Assembly (NCBI RefSeq): GCF_006345805.1
Contig: NC_043001.1
Location: 24,986,001 to 25,050,000, forward strand
Length of the DNA: 64,000 nucleotides
From: Octopus sinensis
Taxonomy: Eukaryota
Direction of reading: 5' to 3'
Shown here: positions 50,488 through 64,000 of the stretch, in pieces
Numbering within the stretch: the first letter of the stretch is position 1
Layout of the letters: every line of letters begins with the position of its first letter
Translations under genes and position numbers: made by a program
The notes under the pieces: model-generated
Seen by the model: only the letters and a program-made list of their open reading frames with translations
The model's database searches: none
What the model was told of the DNA's origin: nothing

Positions 50488-51757
50488 ATTATATGTAGTC
50501 AAGATTTTCCAAATTCTGCTTATAGTTTGTAAGCATAAAGCAAATAACCCTTTTATATTCAATTCAATTGAATATTTAATACATTACTTATTATAGGTGC
50601 AGGTCAACCAATGCCTTATGAGTGAATTTTATAAACAGAAATATTCTGAAGTCCATTGTATGTGAGTGTGTGAATGCTTGCATTCTGCACTCCACATAAA
50701 AAGACACTTAGCTACAAACAGTGAGGTTTTTCTGGCATTCCTTGCCAATAAACTTGAATATCTGACTGTAAGAAACAGTGCTTCAGTAATAAGTATCCAT
50801 CTAATTCATACTGGTATGGAAAAACAGACATAAAAACGTAATAACAAAATAAATTATCAGTTATATTTTTGGCACAGACTGAGCTGAAGTTTACTTGATG
50901 TCAGAGATAATCTGTATAAACATACCAAAGAGCCAAACAGTGGGCAAATTTGAATGACCAGCAAGTTTGATATTCAGTATTTTGTTGTTCACCTCAGGAT
51001 CAGCACTGATCAGACAAACCTATTATCAAAAATATTCCACCCATGACCATTCTGTCTATTTTAGTTTATTTAGGACTACATTGTCCAATATGTTTTTCCA
51101 CTTTCAAAATAAGAGATGACCCAAAGGGGATTTAATTGTTATTCATAACAAAGCAAACAGCTTTGTATACTTTTCTCATTGACTCCAAATATTTAATATG
51201 TTTAAGTGGGATATAGTATTAGTAAAGATTCAAATACTGGAGTTGATGAAGACACTGGTTAAAAAGATGAAGTAGGTCAAATGTACTGGGAATGTCAATA
51301 GAAAAGTCAGATGCTATGGTAGAGAATAGTTGGTTCTTGCTGATAACAGGCAAAGATTTCACCTTCTACATCAATGAGTAGAATGTGAAGGCTAAATGGA
51401 ACTATAAAGACTAAATTCTCTGTATTGGATTAAGTTGTAGATTTTAAATATCTGATTGATGACTTGAAGCACAAAAAGTCAGATCAGAGAATTAAAGAAT
51501 GGTTAGAATAGATAGGTGGGTAGGTAATCTTGGTGTAATTGGATATACAGGCTTTCACTCATTGTAACTTTGGTGAATTTAAATAGATACAGAGATCGTG
51601 ATTTTTTTTTTAAATTGTGTAGACCATAGCTAAACTTGTATTTTACATCATTCAACCTGATCATCAAACAACTTACAAGCAAGTTTACAATACTGTAAAT
51701 GTAGGATTCATTGCTTTATCAGCGAATTTTACACAATTTCTTCTTGTTTTTTTATAG

Positions 51758-51859
51758 ATTGTTCTCCAAGTGGGTGAAGAACTAAACGGAAGTATATTAG
51801 TGAAGTCCATGAACAACCGACAAGCCAACTGTCCACTGAAGTACCTTTTAGAAGTATGA
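51758..51859 (+). CDS. STAC: STAC-like adaptor, last coding exon (IVLQVGEELNGSILVKSMNNRQANCPLKYLLEV*)
   Basis: Long pyrimidine tract and tttatag acceptor. It ends in CPLKYLLEV-TGA, like the C-terminus of invertebrate Stac-like proteins. Confidence 0.93.
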   Translation: MVLQVGEELNGSILVKSMNNRQANCPLKYLLEV

Positions 51860-52399
51860 GAAAGATACCAGATAGATTTTATGAGCATCTTTCTAAAACT
51901 AAGAGTACTCAATCAGCCATTACTTGATACTAAAATAGATTGTTTTTATCAAGGTTTCAATTTGTAACCATTTTCTTACAGGTCTAATATTTTTCTTCCT
52001 CAATTGAAGAGTTTTATGTCAAAGTTTAACACAAAGAGAAGGATTTGCATAACAACTACAATTTTCTTCAATTTTGGCAGTTTATCAGAATGACCATATT
52101 AGAATAAATGTGGTGCACAGGAAATATAATTGAAATTATATTTTTGTAAATATTGTTATAAATTATATTGCTTGTTAAATTACTTTTGATGAGGCTACTT
52201 AAAAATGTACTCCTCGTTATATATACATTGGCTAAAATTTACTTACCAACTGAATAACAAATTGACAAAATATTAGCTATTTTAACTTGCATTGATTGCA
52301 AGATAAATTTGGAATAAAAATGGAAAAACAATCCTATTATAAAATAATTTTCCATTTCAGAATATTAACAAACATATTCAGCTTTAATGAAAAGGGTGG

Positions 52400-52620
52400 G
52401 GGGATTGACAGAATCATTACAAAGTCTGACAAAATGCCTTGTGGAATTTGCTCTAGCTCTTTATGGTCTGAGTTCAAATCATGCTAAAGTCAACTTTGCC
52501 TTTTATCCCTCCTCGGTTGATAAAATAAAGTACCAACTGAGCACTTTACAGGGGTTGATTTAATCAACTAACTACTTCCCCAAATGTGTGGCCTTGGGCC
52601 TACATTAGAAACAATTATTA
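52400..52620 (+). mobile_element. SINE family B downstream of the STAC stop codon
   Basis: tctgagttcaaatc...gttgataaaataaagtacc. Confidence 0.8.
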
Positions 52621-53672
52621 CATTTTCCAACCAACTTGTTATTTTTGCTTTGTTTTTGTGCTTTGTTGTTGGCACATTTTAATGCTTTGACTGAATTGAA
52701 GAAGTTAAATTTAAAATCTGAAACCTTTATCAAATTAGCATAAAGCAAAAGTTTTGCTCACGTTACTTCAATTTTGCCTATTTAGTGCATTTCAAAGTTC
52801 GCTAATATCTGTTTATTAAAAAAATAATTACTTACTGCGATTAAGTATTCCAGCTAATTTTAGATTCAAATTTATGATATATTTAAAAATAATGCTACAA
52901 CCAAATTATAATCTTCATTGGAAATATTTTATATTCTTCCTCAGTAGAATTTAAATGCAGCATTAATAAATAAATATCGTTAAATTATATAGAAAACTTT
53001 AAACAAAAGATAAATTCTTTTTTTAAAAGTTGCTATTTAAAAATAAAAGAGTGGGAAATATCTATTTGTTGTATATCATTAAAATACAGTTATCTACCGA
53101 CAGAAAATGTGTTTAATTTGAATTTTTAAAAAAAATATGATCTTTTCTAAATATCAGTTTAGAACTAAATGTAAAGTGGCAAGCATAATTTTGCTATACT
53201 TTGAACCATTGTTAGATTCTAAAAAAATCTGAGGATTTCCAAAATTAGATGAGAGTCCTTTCAAAATAACTAACACAATAAAAAGAAAACTTGTTTGCTA
53301 ATAAAGAGTCTAAAGTATTTTCAAATACAACAAAAGAGTAAAACAAGGATTGGCATGACCACTATCTTGGCCATATTCTATTTTTATGTTACAATCTTGA
53401 TTTTTTTTGATTGGGTTGTTAAATTTTAAGTGTACAAAAGCAAAGCAAAATTGTTATTTGCTTGAAAGATGTAATAACTAAAGCCATTCTCTAAAATCAA
53501 TTCTACATCCCTAAAATAACTTCATTTTTACAAAAAAAATATTCAACGCTAAACATTCGTAATACTGGGGCCATTCTTTATAAAATCATCAATAGTTAAC
53601 CTCTACTTAATCATGTAAGTAATCATTATAAATTTAATCACTGAATAATTTTTACAGTGTATATGTGTGTGC

Positions 53673-53709
<37 letters not shown>

Positions 53710-53875
53710 AAGAGAGAGAGTCAGCCAGTATAATACAGAGATGCTTAATACAGAAAACATGAAGTGTTCAAATGATTTGAACTTACTCTCTGAAGTCTTT
53801 ATCAATGACTAAGTGAGTCTGTGAGGTAAAGAGTGACTATAAGAGAAATCCAAGTGAGCAGATATGGAGATACTG

Positions 53876-54737
53876 ATATAGATACATGCCATTGAGCTTG
53901 ATATATAAAATATACATACATATATACATATAAATATTTATACAGGGATATATATGCAGAGAGAAACAAAACCTGAAAATATTCAGATGTACACTCATGT
54001 ATAAGCATATAGATATTTATATCACCATGATATATCGTTAGCCACTAGACACATTTTTTTTCTCTCCTTGTTTTTTCTGTGTCCCTTTCTGTAGAAAAGC
54101 ATAGGCTTGAAATGTAAAAGACTTTTTCTATTCCTGAGCATTATGCTAATACATCTGTTTGTTTTGTACACCACCTGTCTTCGTATTTTGTTTTTTTCGT
54201 AAACTCTCCCTAGATATTTATATAGTTATGGAACAAATTTACATGGAGTGCAAAGAATATAGAAAACTAAGGGGAGAAGGCATGGTATTTCAAGTCTTGT
54301 TTTCAGGTGCTCAGGATTACATAGCAGTTGTAATATGCAGATGAAGTGAGTAAAAAGTTAAAGATATACAATCAGTAGTGGATGCATATAAACATTATTG
54401 TAAAACTGGCCTCCATCATTGCTGATCTTTCCACCCTGATAACAGAGACAGGTTTCACGGTAATATTTATATGTATCTACAACTGGTTGCATGTCTTTGA
54501 CTTTTTTGCACACTCCATCTACATATTACAACTATTACATAATTCCGAGCACCCAGAAACAACTAAGTCTTGAAATATCTCCCCTTCTCTGTGTAAAGAC
54601 CTAATTGCTTCATGAGTATTCATATTCTGAATATTTTCAGGTTTTGTTTCTCTCTGTATGTATATCCCTATATATATTTTTACATGTGTATGTATGTATA
54701 TTTTTTATATCAAGCCCAAGCATGTTTATCTACATCT
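53876..54737. repeat. Old inverted repeat (about 130-bp arms, 53876-54007 and 54606-54737) enclosing a Penelope-like fragment (54030-54210)
   Basis: gagagaaacaaaacctgaaaatattcaga pairs with tctgaatattttcaggttttgtttctctc. The internal CTGTAGA-a-aagc-atag-gctt-GAAAT-GTAA is a hammerhead remnant related to 4838-4865. Confidence 0.72.
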
Positions 54738-54769
54738 CTCTCTTTCTCTCTCTCTCATATATATATATA

Positions 54770-55027
54770 GGGTAAAGAATTATTAATCTAATAAATCTTA
54801 CCAAGCAGTTTTCGGTATGGAAAATAACCATATTCGGTAAAAACTTATACAAAAGTTTTTATATATAATTATAACAATAATCAAGGGTTTAGCAACAAGT
54901 TGCTTGACCACATACTGAAAATTTTAGAAATAGCAGCCAAAGAAATAGCAAACTTTTGGCTGCTATTTCTAAAAATTTTCGGTATGTGGTCAAGCAACTT
55001 GTTGCTAAACCCTTGATTATTGTTATA
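54770..55027. mobile_element. Fold-back insertion in (TA)n: 72-bp arms (54869-54941 and 54955-55027) with a left-side tail
   Basis: Near-perfect palindrome with a 13-nt spacer. Confidence 0.78.
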
Positions 55028-58000
55028 AAGATATATATATATCACACACACTGCACATCAGTCATTTTTTGAAGTAAACTCCACAGATTTCTGAGCATTC
55101 TGATAAATAGAACTGAGAATATCTCATTAATTTTGTTAATGATTACCTCAACAATATTTCCATTTTGGGGTTTTTTCCCTGTTTATTTGTATGTAGACCT
55201 TTGTTTTCATTGGTTATCAGTTCAGAATCATTAACATACTGACTGAGTTTTAAAAGAAGAAACATTTCCAAACAAACAACTTTTGTTTTTAAACTATCAA
55301 TCAAAACAATTTAGTAACTGAAACACTTTCTTGAATGATTTGTTTCCCCAGAAAGAAAAACAATTATAATTCTTTTGATTTTATAGAAATAGTTTTTCTC
55401 ATTGATACAAATATCCTTCTTTTGTCCAAAGATTAATCATATGTATATATACACTCACAGACAACAGCCACGAATTTAAATTTGGTTTATTTTAATTAGG
55501 TTAGCTACTTAACATATTTTTTTACAATAATCCATGTAAATTTCAATTCTTAATCAAAACTTTTCTTTTTATTGACAATGATAACTACTCACAAGTTTTT
55601 ATATGTTCTCGACTTGTTTAATATTTTTAACTTATATATGTGTTTTACTTGTCTCTTATTTTTATTTCCATTTTTTCTTTTTTTTTCCACAATGAAAAAT
55701 CATTTTTATATATCCAAGATTCTTTAGCTTGGATTACTGATATTAATTTGTTTTATAGAAATCTATTTAAATATTATTTCAAAACTAAATGCAGTATTTT
55801 TGGCATATATATAATAGCCACTATATCTCTAACTCACACTAAAGTAGTAAGTTGACTGGTATTTCTTAACAGTTTGATTTTGCTGACAAACTGGTTTATA
55901 TAATAATATTTGAAACCAAAGCAAGGAACTGTATATATATATATATATATATATATTGCTATATTTTGGATGTAAGTTTTAAAGCAATACTTATTCATGC
56001 TATTTAACAAACAACCTAAATCTAAATAAATTTCTCTTAATTTTCACTTTATTCAAACCATAAGCATTTGTTCTATAACCTAATCATCTGTTTAATAAAT
56101 TTTTGTATATGATGAACAGCGAGCCAATTCTCAGCAGTTTTCAGCAAGTCAGAGTCTGTTGTTCCCTTTGAAGTAAGTTTCAAACTGCTCAATTTCTAAC
56201 TAAGCTTGGACTGAAACTCTGAGTAAATTTGGACACAGTATAGAGTGAAACAATTCTTGTTTTTTTTTTTTGTATTTCAAACAATAAGTTTAATTCTTAG
56301 ATATGAAACATTTTAAAATTGTCACTCACTTAATTTTAATAATGGAGCCAAAGAAAAATCAGAAAAAATTATTTGTATAAATCTGAGAATTTCTAAAAGA
56401 ACAGAAGAATGGTGCTAACATTTATAAGTTAGACACATTTCTTTGCAACTTATCTTTGTTTCAAACAGAATTTTCTGGCTTTTTATTTACATCTTTTTGG
56501 CAGCTCTTTTCACATTCTCTTTAATTACAATGGTTTTGACAACTAAATTAAGGGTTTTTTTCTTATCTAATTTGGTGATACCAATGACGTTGCTATAGAT
56601 TTTGTACTTCAGCCTTAACTTATATTTTGGCAAAGTGGTCTATTATGAATGTGATCCTTTTTTTATGTGACTTACAGAAAGCACTAACACTTTTCATTGG
56701 CTAAATGGAAGTTCCTTTTGGTGAGGCTTATTACAACTGCTTTCTATTAAAATATTGTTTAGGATTTTCATCAAAAAACTATTTAACCTTAAGCTTAAAG
56801 ACACAAATACCAGAAATTTATTTCATCTTTCAATTAATATCTTAGAGTATTATTCTTTGACTCAGGCTATGCTCCTGATTGTTAATCAGTTTTCCACTGC
56901 TAATTATAAATATTTGTTGATAATTTCCTTTTTTGTGGATACTATTTGAACAAATGTGTCTTTATTTTCCCCTGCAAAATAATATAATGATAAATATGTG
57001 CATATACATGCACACATCTAAATGATAATAATTATATTATCAGATGTCCATAAGTCAGAAAAAAACACACACAATATCTGAAATCGAGCAGTATATTGAT
57101 GATTAGGACATATAATTAGTCAGAGTGTCACTACCAGTTTCGTGCTGACTGTTGCACAAGGCAGTAGTTGACATGAAATATTCTGACCTGTTATGTAATC
57201 AATAATATAGTACACAATGATATATATAATGTTTAACAAATATGCAATGCAATACAGGCCAAAGACAAGCTAACAAAATATAGTAACATACATTTAAGCT
57301 TACACTAGAGATGTGAAAATACATATACAAAGATATTAGCATGAGCAAGAGAGGGATAGAGAAAATCATAAAATCTAGAGCATCGATTTAATTTTCAATT
57401 GAACTGTTTCATTTTACATAAACCTTACACTTTCACTTTCTAGCCACCATAGGTTGTAGAAGCTATCTACTGTATTTAGCAAGCTATCTTTAGTAATCCA
57501 TAGGCTTTATTTTGAGGGACTACACCTAAATACTTTTACATTTTTCATCTTATGATCTGGTCCTTGTCATTCTGCCAAAAAATCACTACACAATACTGAG
57601 TTTCTAATAACTCACTTAACTGCTCACATACTAAGAATTAAACTCTATCCCATAAATACTTATTATTCTAGAGCCCAAACAATTTTCAGTCTTAACAGAA
57701 TATGTTGCAATTCTTGCCTTCATACTTTCAAAATTGTCTTGTAGAATACTAGTACAGTCTCTTAAGAGATGGTTTTCATCATTATAATCATTGACTGATT
57801 TAAGTCTTGTTAAATGACAAATAATTTGTAAATTACCTCCTTTTTTAGCTTACTAAAATGATTTATTTTGGTGCCACATTTTTATAAAACTTTATTGCAT
57901 GTTTCTTCAGTAAGATATTCAAACTGTGAAAAAGCTGATTAGCTGAATTTTCATGATATCCAAAAGCTTTAAGTGTTTCCTTAATCACAATAATATTTCT

Positions 58001-60424
58001 CTGTTTTTAATGTAACAAGGCACGTAACCTACATTAATTTTGTGAAACATTAAAGATTATTTATTTTTCATTAAATATCAGTATTCTATTTGCAGTACAT
58101 TTGTTTGATACAATACCTCCAGTCTGATAGTTTTGGGAGATTTTAAGTTTATTTTTATTTGATTTCAAATATAATATTTGATGCTTGGTAGAAACCACAA
58201 GCTAATATTTCTTTTCTGCCAGCTATTGTAGTTTAAATCCTAATTTAATTCATTAATTTCTTTTAGTTACCCCAACCAGCAAAACAATCACTCTGCCCTC
58301 TCTGAAGTTACTGCCTGTTTGGTTTATGTGAATATAAATTTATATAAAATATTGATATCCATATAAATTCACCTACACAAGTTTGAATATAAGCATACAT
58401 GCACATAAATTTGTTTGTGTGTTATATATTTGCATCCAAATACAAAGATATTCATGTAACTGTAAAACTATGTATACTAATTAAGTCATGCATAACAGTT
58501 TGTGTTTGTAATTTGTATAAATACAGTGAAAACTCTTTCATCCTTACATTCTTAATCATACTCTACAGGAGTATATTGTAAAGAACACTATTAAAGGTTC
58601 TACAGTGATATATCTATGTAAAATTGTAAACTTAGTTGATTTTCACTTATTTCCTTTGCTGAAGATTCTCTAGGTTTCTTATGAATCTAAAAAAAACTAC
58701 TTTTTAATTTATCATATCCTGTTTTAGATTCTCGAGAGAAGAAAACTTGAAATTAGATATTTAAGATGTTAATATATTTAAATGTATTTTAACCTCAAGA
58801 TGTAAGAGTTTCCAAACTGACATCCATGGGGACAATAGAATACAAGTTCTGCAACCATTTATTACTATTTTGACTCTTCTTATGCCTTCATCCACCAAGG
58901 TGTTTTCTTGCCTTTGCAGCAATTAATATGTAAATATTTTGTTAAGAAAATGTGTTATAAAATTAAAAGGAAGTAGTTCAAATAGGTTTACATATTTAAT
59001 TTAATTTAATTTAATTTAATAGTTCATATAAGTGACAGTAAATACATGGAAGTAAATGACAATCAATCTCTTTTGTTAAATAATTGAAAAGATGGTTGCA
59101 TTGTTTCATTACAGTTTGACTCAATATTTTAACAGATTTATAGTTAGATTAAGTCTAAGAATTTTTTTAATGTCCCCAATTTTGGTTCTTATTTAATAAT
59201 ATTATCTCTAAATACATTAAAAGAGAATATTTCATATTATTTTTTTTACTGGTGTTTACTCTAAGCTTCATTTATTTTGGCATATCTATTTACAAAACTA
59301 AAATGTCAATAAGAAAATTATTGAATTTTTTAAATAGAACTTAAGGGGAGTTTGTTTTTTTGTTTTTCTGTTGGTTTTCATTTATTTTTCTATTTGTCCC
59401 AAGCAAAAATATTTAAATACATAAAAAGTGTTGCTTTCCTTCATTATTTCTGATATTAGTTTTTCTTCTTTAGTTGTGAGCTAATCTACTTTGAAAATAC
59501 ACTTCAAAATGTTAAAATTATACAAAAAAAGTTAAAAAATAAAAAAATAAAAAAAAACATATGTTTATATGTCTTAATATGTGAAATTAAAACACAACTG
59601 TGTTTATGTTTTATTCTATTCATATTTCTTGCTTTCTTATAATTTTCTATTTCTTTGTGCAAAATAACTAAATTGATTACAAGAAGTTTTCAAAAATATT
59701 AATAAAATTACATCTAAACACAGCCATACTTTTAATTTCACATATAGGCATAGGAGATGGGGGTGGGTTTAATAAAATATTAACAAAAATTACAAATATA
59801 TATTTTTTATAAATTGTGTAATCCCCCCTTTATATAACAGTCTATTAACCATACAACTCATAACTTACAAAATGTGATTCCAGGAAGAAATAAAACCCAC
59901 TTAAAGTTATTCATAACATTTGCTATAATGGATCCAAAGGAAACCTTTTTGAGCATTTCTTGATAAAATAGTAGAATTCAAATTAGAGTTTTACAAATTT
60001 TATTTTTCCCGCACAACTGTAGTCTCTGTATTTGGTGGAACAGATTATAAACACGAAATTCTAGAACCAATTTGTTTACTAAAATTATAAATTGTTCTTT
60101 CTTCCTGGCCCCTATTTTCCTGCCTTAGTTTCCAATTTCTGCTTGGGTTTGTTACACAATTTTATAGAATAAGCACTTAGGATATTGACTATTTTCACTT
60201 TGATTTTCCCTATCATTTTTTAAAATTCAGCTAGCATTTTCTATCAGAAGTATCATCAGAGTGTTGAACAAACTGCCTCGTGGTATATAATTAGAGCTAT
60301 AGGTTAAATTCCACTGAGGCTGACTCTGCTGTTCATACTTCTAAGATCTGTAAAATAAAGTACCACCTAATTTGAGACCCATCAAACACACCAACAAAGC
60401 TAAAATCTTCTTGCTTAAGTATTT

Positions 60425-60665
60425 GAAACAGTCACTGTTTCAGTGTTTCAACACATGTTTTACACATTATATGAGGTGTCCAAGCCTTGTCTTGATCACC
60501 CAGTTTCATGCCAATGTAAACTTTCTTCACAAAATCTGTGATTTTGTTTCGCTGCCTATGTAAAGTGTAATGTCTACAATTATAGCAGAAGACATCAGGA
60601 CTGCTTTTGTATTTTCTTCTCTCACAACTAGCAAAATGGATTTCATTTTTGAAATCAGCATCCCA
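60425..60665 (-). mobile_element. N-terminal fragment of a DNA-transposon protein (PDVFCY..C...LGDQDK.W.PH..C..C; class recalled as TcMar-ISRm11-like)
   Basis: ORF 60432-60800 contains SPDVFCYNC...ITDFVKKVY.GMKLGDQDKAWTPHIMCKTCVETL. The superfamily assignment is from memory. Confidence 0.7.
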
Positions 60666-60699
60666 AAATTGCTGGGAAACATATCTCCAACACCAAACA

Positions 60700-61635
60700 A
60701 CAAAAACCATGTTCCCTGCACAAAATTTTAGAACCAATTTTACACTGACATTGATATAATCAACTGATTCCCCTCTGAAAAATGTTGGACCTGGTACCAA
60801 TGTGAAAAATTATTACTGGGGCTGTGAACTGGCGGAATCATTAGAAAACTAAACCAAATACCTAATGGCATTTAGTTATAATACTTTAAGTTATAAGTTC
60901 AGATTCCACCAAAGTCAATTTTGTCTTTCATTCCTCTGGGGTTGAAAAAGTAATGTACCGGTCAAGTACTGGAGTTGATGTTACTCAACTAGTCCCTCCC
61001 CTCAAAACTGTTGACTTTGTGTCTAAATTAGAAACAGCTATCATTTTTGAAGGTAATGAACTGACAGAATTGTTAGCACATCAAACGAAATGCTTAACAG
61101 TATTTCTTCAGGCTCTTTACATTCTAAGTTCAAATCTTGCCAAGGTCAACTTTTCCTTTTAGGATTGATAAAATAAAGTACTAGAATCAATGCAATTGAC
61201 TTGCCTCTCCTCCCAAAATTGTTGGTTTTGTGCCAAAATTTGAAGCAATTATTATTATTATAGGTAGTGTTGGAAGAATCATTAGCATGCCAGGCAAAAT
61301 GCTTAGCAGCATTTCATCTGTCTTTTCAACCTGAGTTATAATTCCACCAAGGCCAACTTTGCTTTTTATCCTTTCAAGGTCGATAAAATAGATACCTGTT
61401 AGGTACTTGGCCAAATGTAATCAACTTAATCTCTGCCCATAAATCGCTGGCCATGCAAAAACTCTGAAACTATAATTAGGGGTAGAGAGTAGCAAAAGCA
61501 GTTAAGCTTGGGTTGACTTTGCTTGAAGTGTGCTTTAGGAATTGATAAAATATCAGACAAGTACTGGAATAAATTAAACTGAATATTCCCTTCCCAACAT
61601 TTGTAGCTTCGTACCTATGCTAGAAAAAATTATTA
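60700..61635 (+). mobile_element. Tandem array of about 5 diverged SINE family B units (about 210 bp each)
   Basis: The pattern gaatcattag...ttcaaat...gataaaata.agtac...ccc.aaa...attatt repeats head-to-tail. Confidence 0.8.
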
Positions 61636-64000
61636 TTCTAACTATCTTATAGAAACAAATCTTAATATTGGACCAGAAATTGTTCAGCTACTAACTGAAA
61701 AATTATTTTGTTTGTTATATATTGTAATTTATTATAAACTGATATTTTCATTAACCTTTTTTTATAATTTAGTTAATAATAAATAACTAATACAGAGAAA
61801 GAGTGTTTCCTTTGACAACTTGAGGCTGTGTACCAAAGAGCTTGCAAAATTTTTCATACCTATCAACCATTTGTTTGTTTCTTTTTATGTTTAAAAATAC
61901 AAAATAAAAGATCACAAGAATTTTATTTCTTGCTATAACATTGAACTAAAAGGTTCCAATTAGTTGGTGGCTTTTGTCTCATCTTTGTGAACCTCCAATT
62001 TCCCAAGGGCAGCAAGGACTGGAATATTTTTTAAAGCCTTTTTAATATATAAATTTTCCCTGTTATAATAATGCTGCACTAAAATTATCAGAAATAATTG
62101 GTAATCTCTTCAAAAAAATCCTCCATTCATAAATTTTATAGTCTGCCTGGTAAATGAAATTAAAATACCACTCTTTAGCAACAGTCGTATTCAAACAAAT
62201 TTAAATTAGAAAAATTAAGTTTGGAGAAAATAAAATTCATTTTGATCCCAAAATAGATGTTATTGCAAAAAAATATACAAACCCCTCTTTAGCAACTTAT
62301 TCTTAAAGAGAAAGTGGTTAAGCTGAACTTCAACATGCAATAATACGAATGTTTATAAATATATATATACATACACTATACCCACCAGATATAAGAAAAG
62401 ACACAAAAATACTTTATTATGAATATCTTCTTATTTAATTTTTCTCTTTATATTTTATAAATTTGTTTCTAATTACATTTACAGTAGTCTTTTTAGAAGC
62501 TATTAAATCTGTTGTTGTTAGAATTTTTTCTATTATTTTATATTTACATATAAAAATGTTTATTGACAACAAAGCTTTCTTTTTTCGCATGCTAATACAA
62601 CCATATAAGGAGTTACCAAGATCAATCTTTAAGTTTACCCATAATTTGTATATTTTTTAATGTATGGTTGTAAATCAAAATCTAAGATTGTGTAACTTTT
62701 CAGTGTCTTAAGTTATGATTTAGCTTCAGTAAGATACTTTAAGTGTTGAATACAATTTAACCCTAAAAATTATCTTTTCAACAAAGAAATGCTTATTAAT
62801 ACTGAAAAGAGAAAATATTGAATTCACTAACTGTACCTGTGATTATACTTTAAACACATACAAATATATACATCATAAATACATGTAAGATAGTGTGTAT
62901 GAGTACTGAAGTGTCTGTATGTTTTCTAAATTGAAAAAATTAAGAAAAGTTGTGCAGAAAGAAATCACAAACATATCATTTATAACAAGGGATATCAAAG
63001 AATATCTTTAATGATCTTTCTAAACATTTAGATTATAACTTTCAAATGCACACTATTTTATAAATCCACATGATTTGTGCATGTGTATATGACTGACAGC
63101 ATTTTTTTTTTTTTCTTGGTATATTGAAATATGATCTTTCATTCAATTTGCTTTTTTGCTACAATGTTTTACCAAGCTCAATAACCAATAGTGAAATTCA
63201 GTAAATCTATTTGCTTGTTTGTTTCATATTTTAATGTGACTTTTATATACTTTTTCTACTTCCTTCACTTGCTTTATCAATGAATCTATTCTATCATTTT
63301 CTTTTAATTATTTTTATAGTTTAATTATTCAATGTTAATTTTCAATGAAGAATAAAAGAAAACATCTTCATTGAGTTATCCTAAGTACTGAACACATAGA
63401 TAACACAACTTTAAAGACTATATACAGTGGTCTAAAATACTGGACATATAGATACAGCAGTTACAAAAACAATTTTTAAAATGATTTAAGTACTTAATAA
63501 ATAAGCTTTACTTTCAACCAAATTGATCTAATATTTTTTCCAGAAAAAGTTAATTTTTAGATTCGTATTTGATAAGAAATATCTTACTAAAAATTACTTC
63601 TGCTCTGAAATTTTGTATATTAAAAATATGATATGCTTAATATTTTGGAAAATAATTAATACTTTAGTTTCAAAATTTCCTTAATATCATTTAATTGCAA
63701 ATGACAAGATATTGGGTCAACTCTTTACAACATAATCTGGAATTCTCACCAAAGATTTTTGTATTTGCAGATTATTTATATTGTTATTTTTACAAGAACT
63801 ATTATTTAACTAACCCAAATGAAAATGGTTATACTTTTCTATCATGATAATTGGAAATATATTTTGTTTACAAAAGATTTTAATGAATACATATTGATAT
63901 AGTAGCTTAGAATCGTAGAAAATAAGCTGTGATGTACATGTCCAGTTTCTATAAATTAGTTCTCAGTTGTAATATTATTTTCTAATATAGTTGCATGCCT

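Overview
This is AT-rich, repeat-dense animal genomic DNA. The SINE families, the 5S sequence and the microsatellite load point to an octopus or other coleoid cephalopod (inference). One host gene is supported: six + strand coding exons (20769-51859) forming the C-terminal part of a STAC/Stacl-like adaptor, with a Ser-rich linker, tandem SH3 domains and a stop at 51857-51859. Its C1-domain exons were not found and probably lie upstream of the window. The introns and flanks hold about 20 copies of a microsatellite-containing tRNA-SINE, a second SINE with a Meta/Sauria-like core (including a tandem array), RTE and CR1-like LINE pieces, two decayed mariners, Helitron remnants, two complete non-autonomous Helitrons, piggyBac- and Kolobok-like MITEs and a 5S rRNA pseudogene. 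The most striking pattern is a recurring class of short fold-back insertions from several sequence families. They show inverted arms and a one-sided tail, four have 11-13 bp target-site duplications, and several carry minimal hammerhead-ribozyme motifs. This matches Penelope-like or retrozyme-type non-autonomous retroelements. A template-switch event between two inverted SINEs is also visible. Almost all ORFs in the supplied track are repeat or microsatellite artefacts. Repeat boundaries are by eye and approximate unless a TSD or terminus is given.
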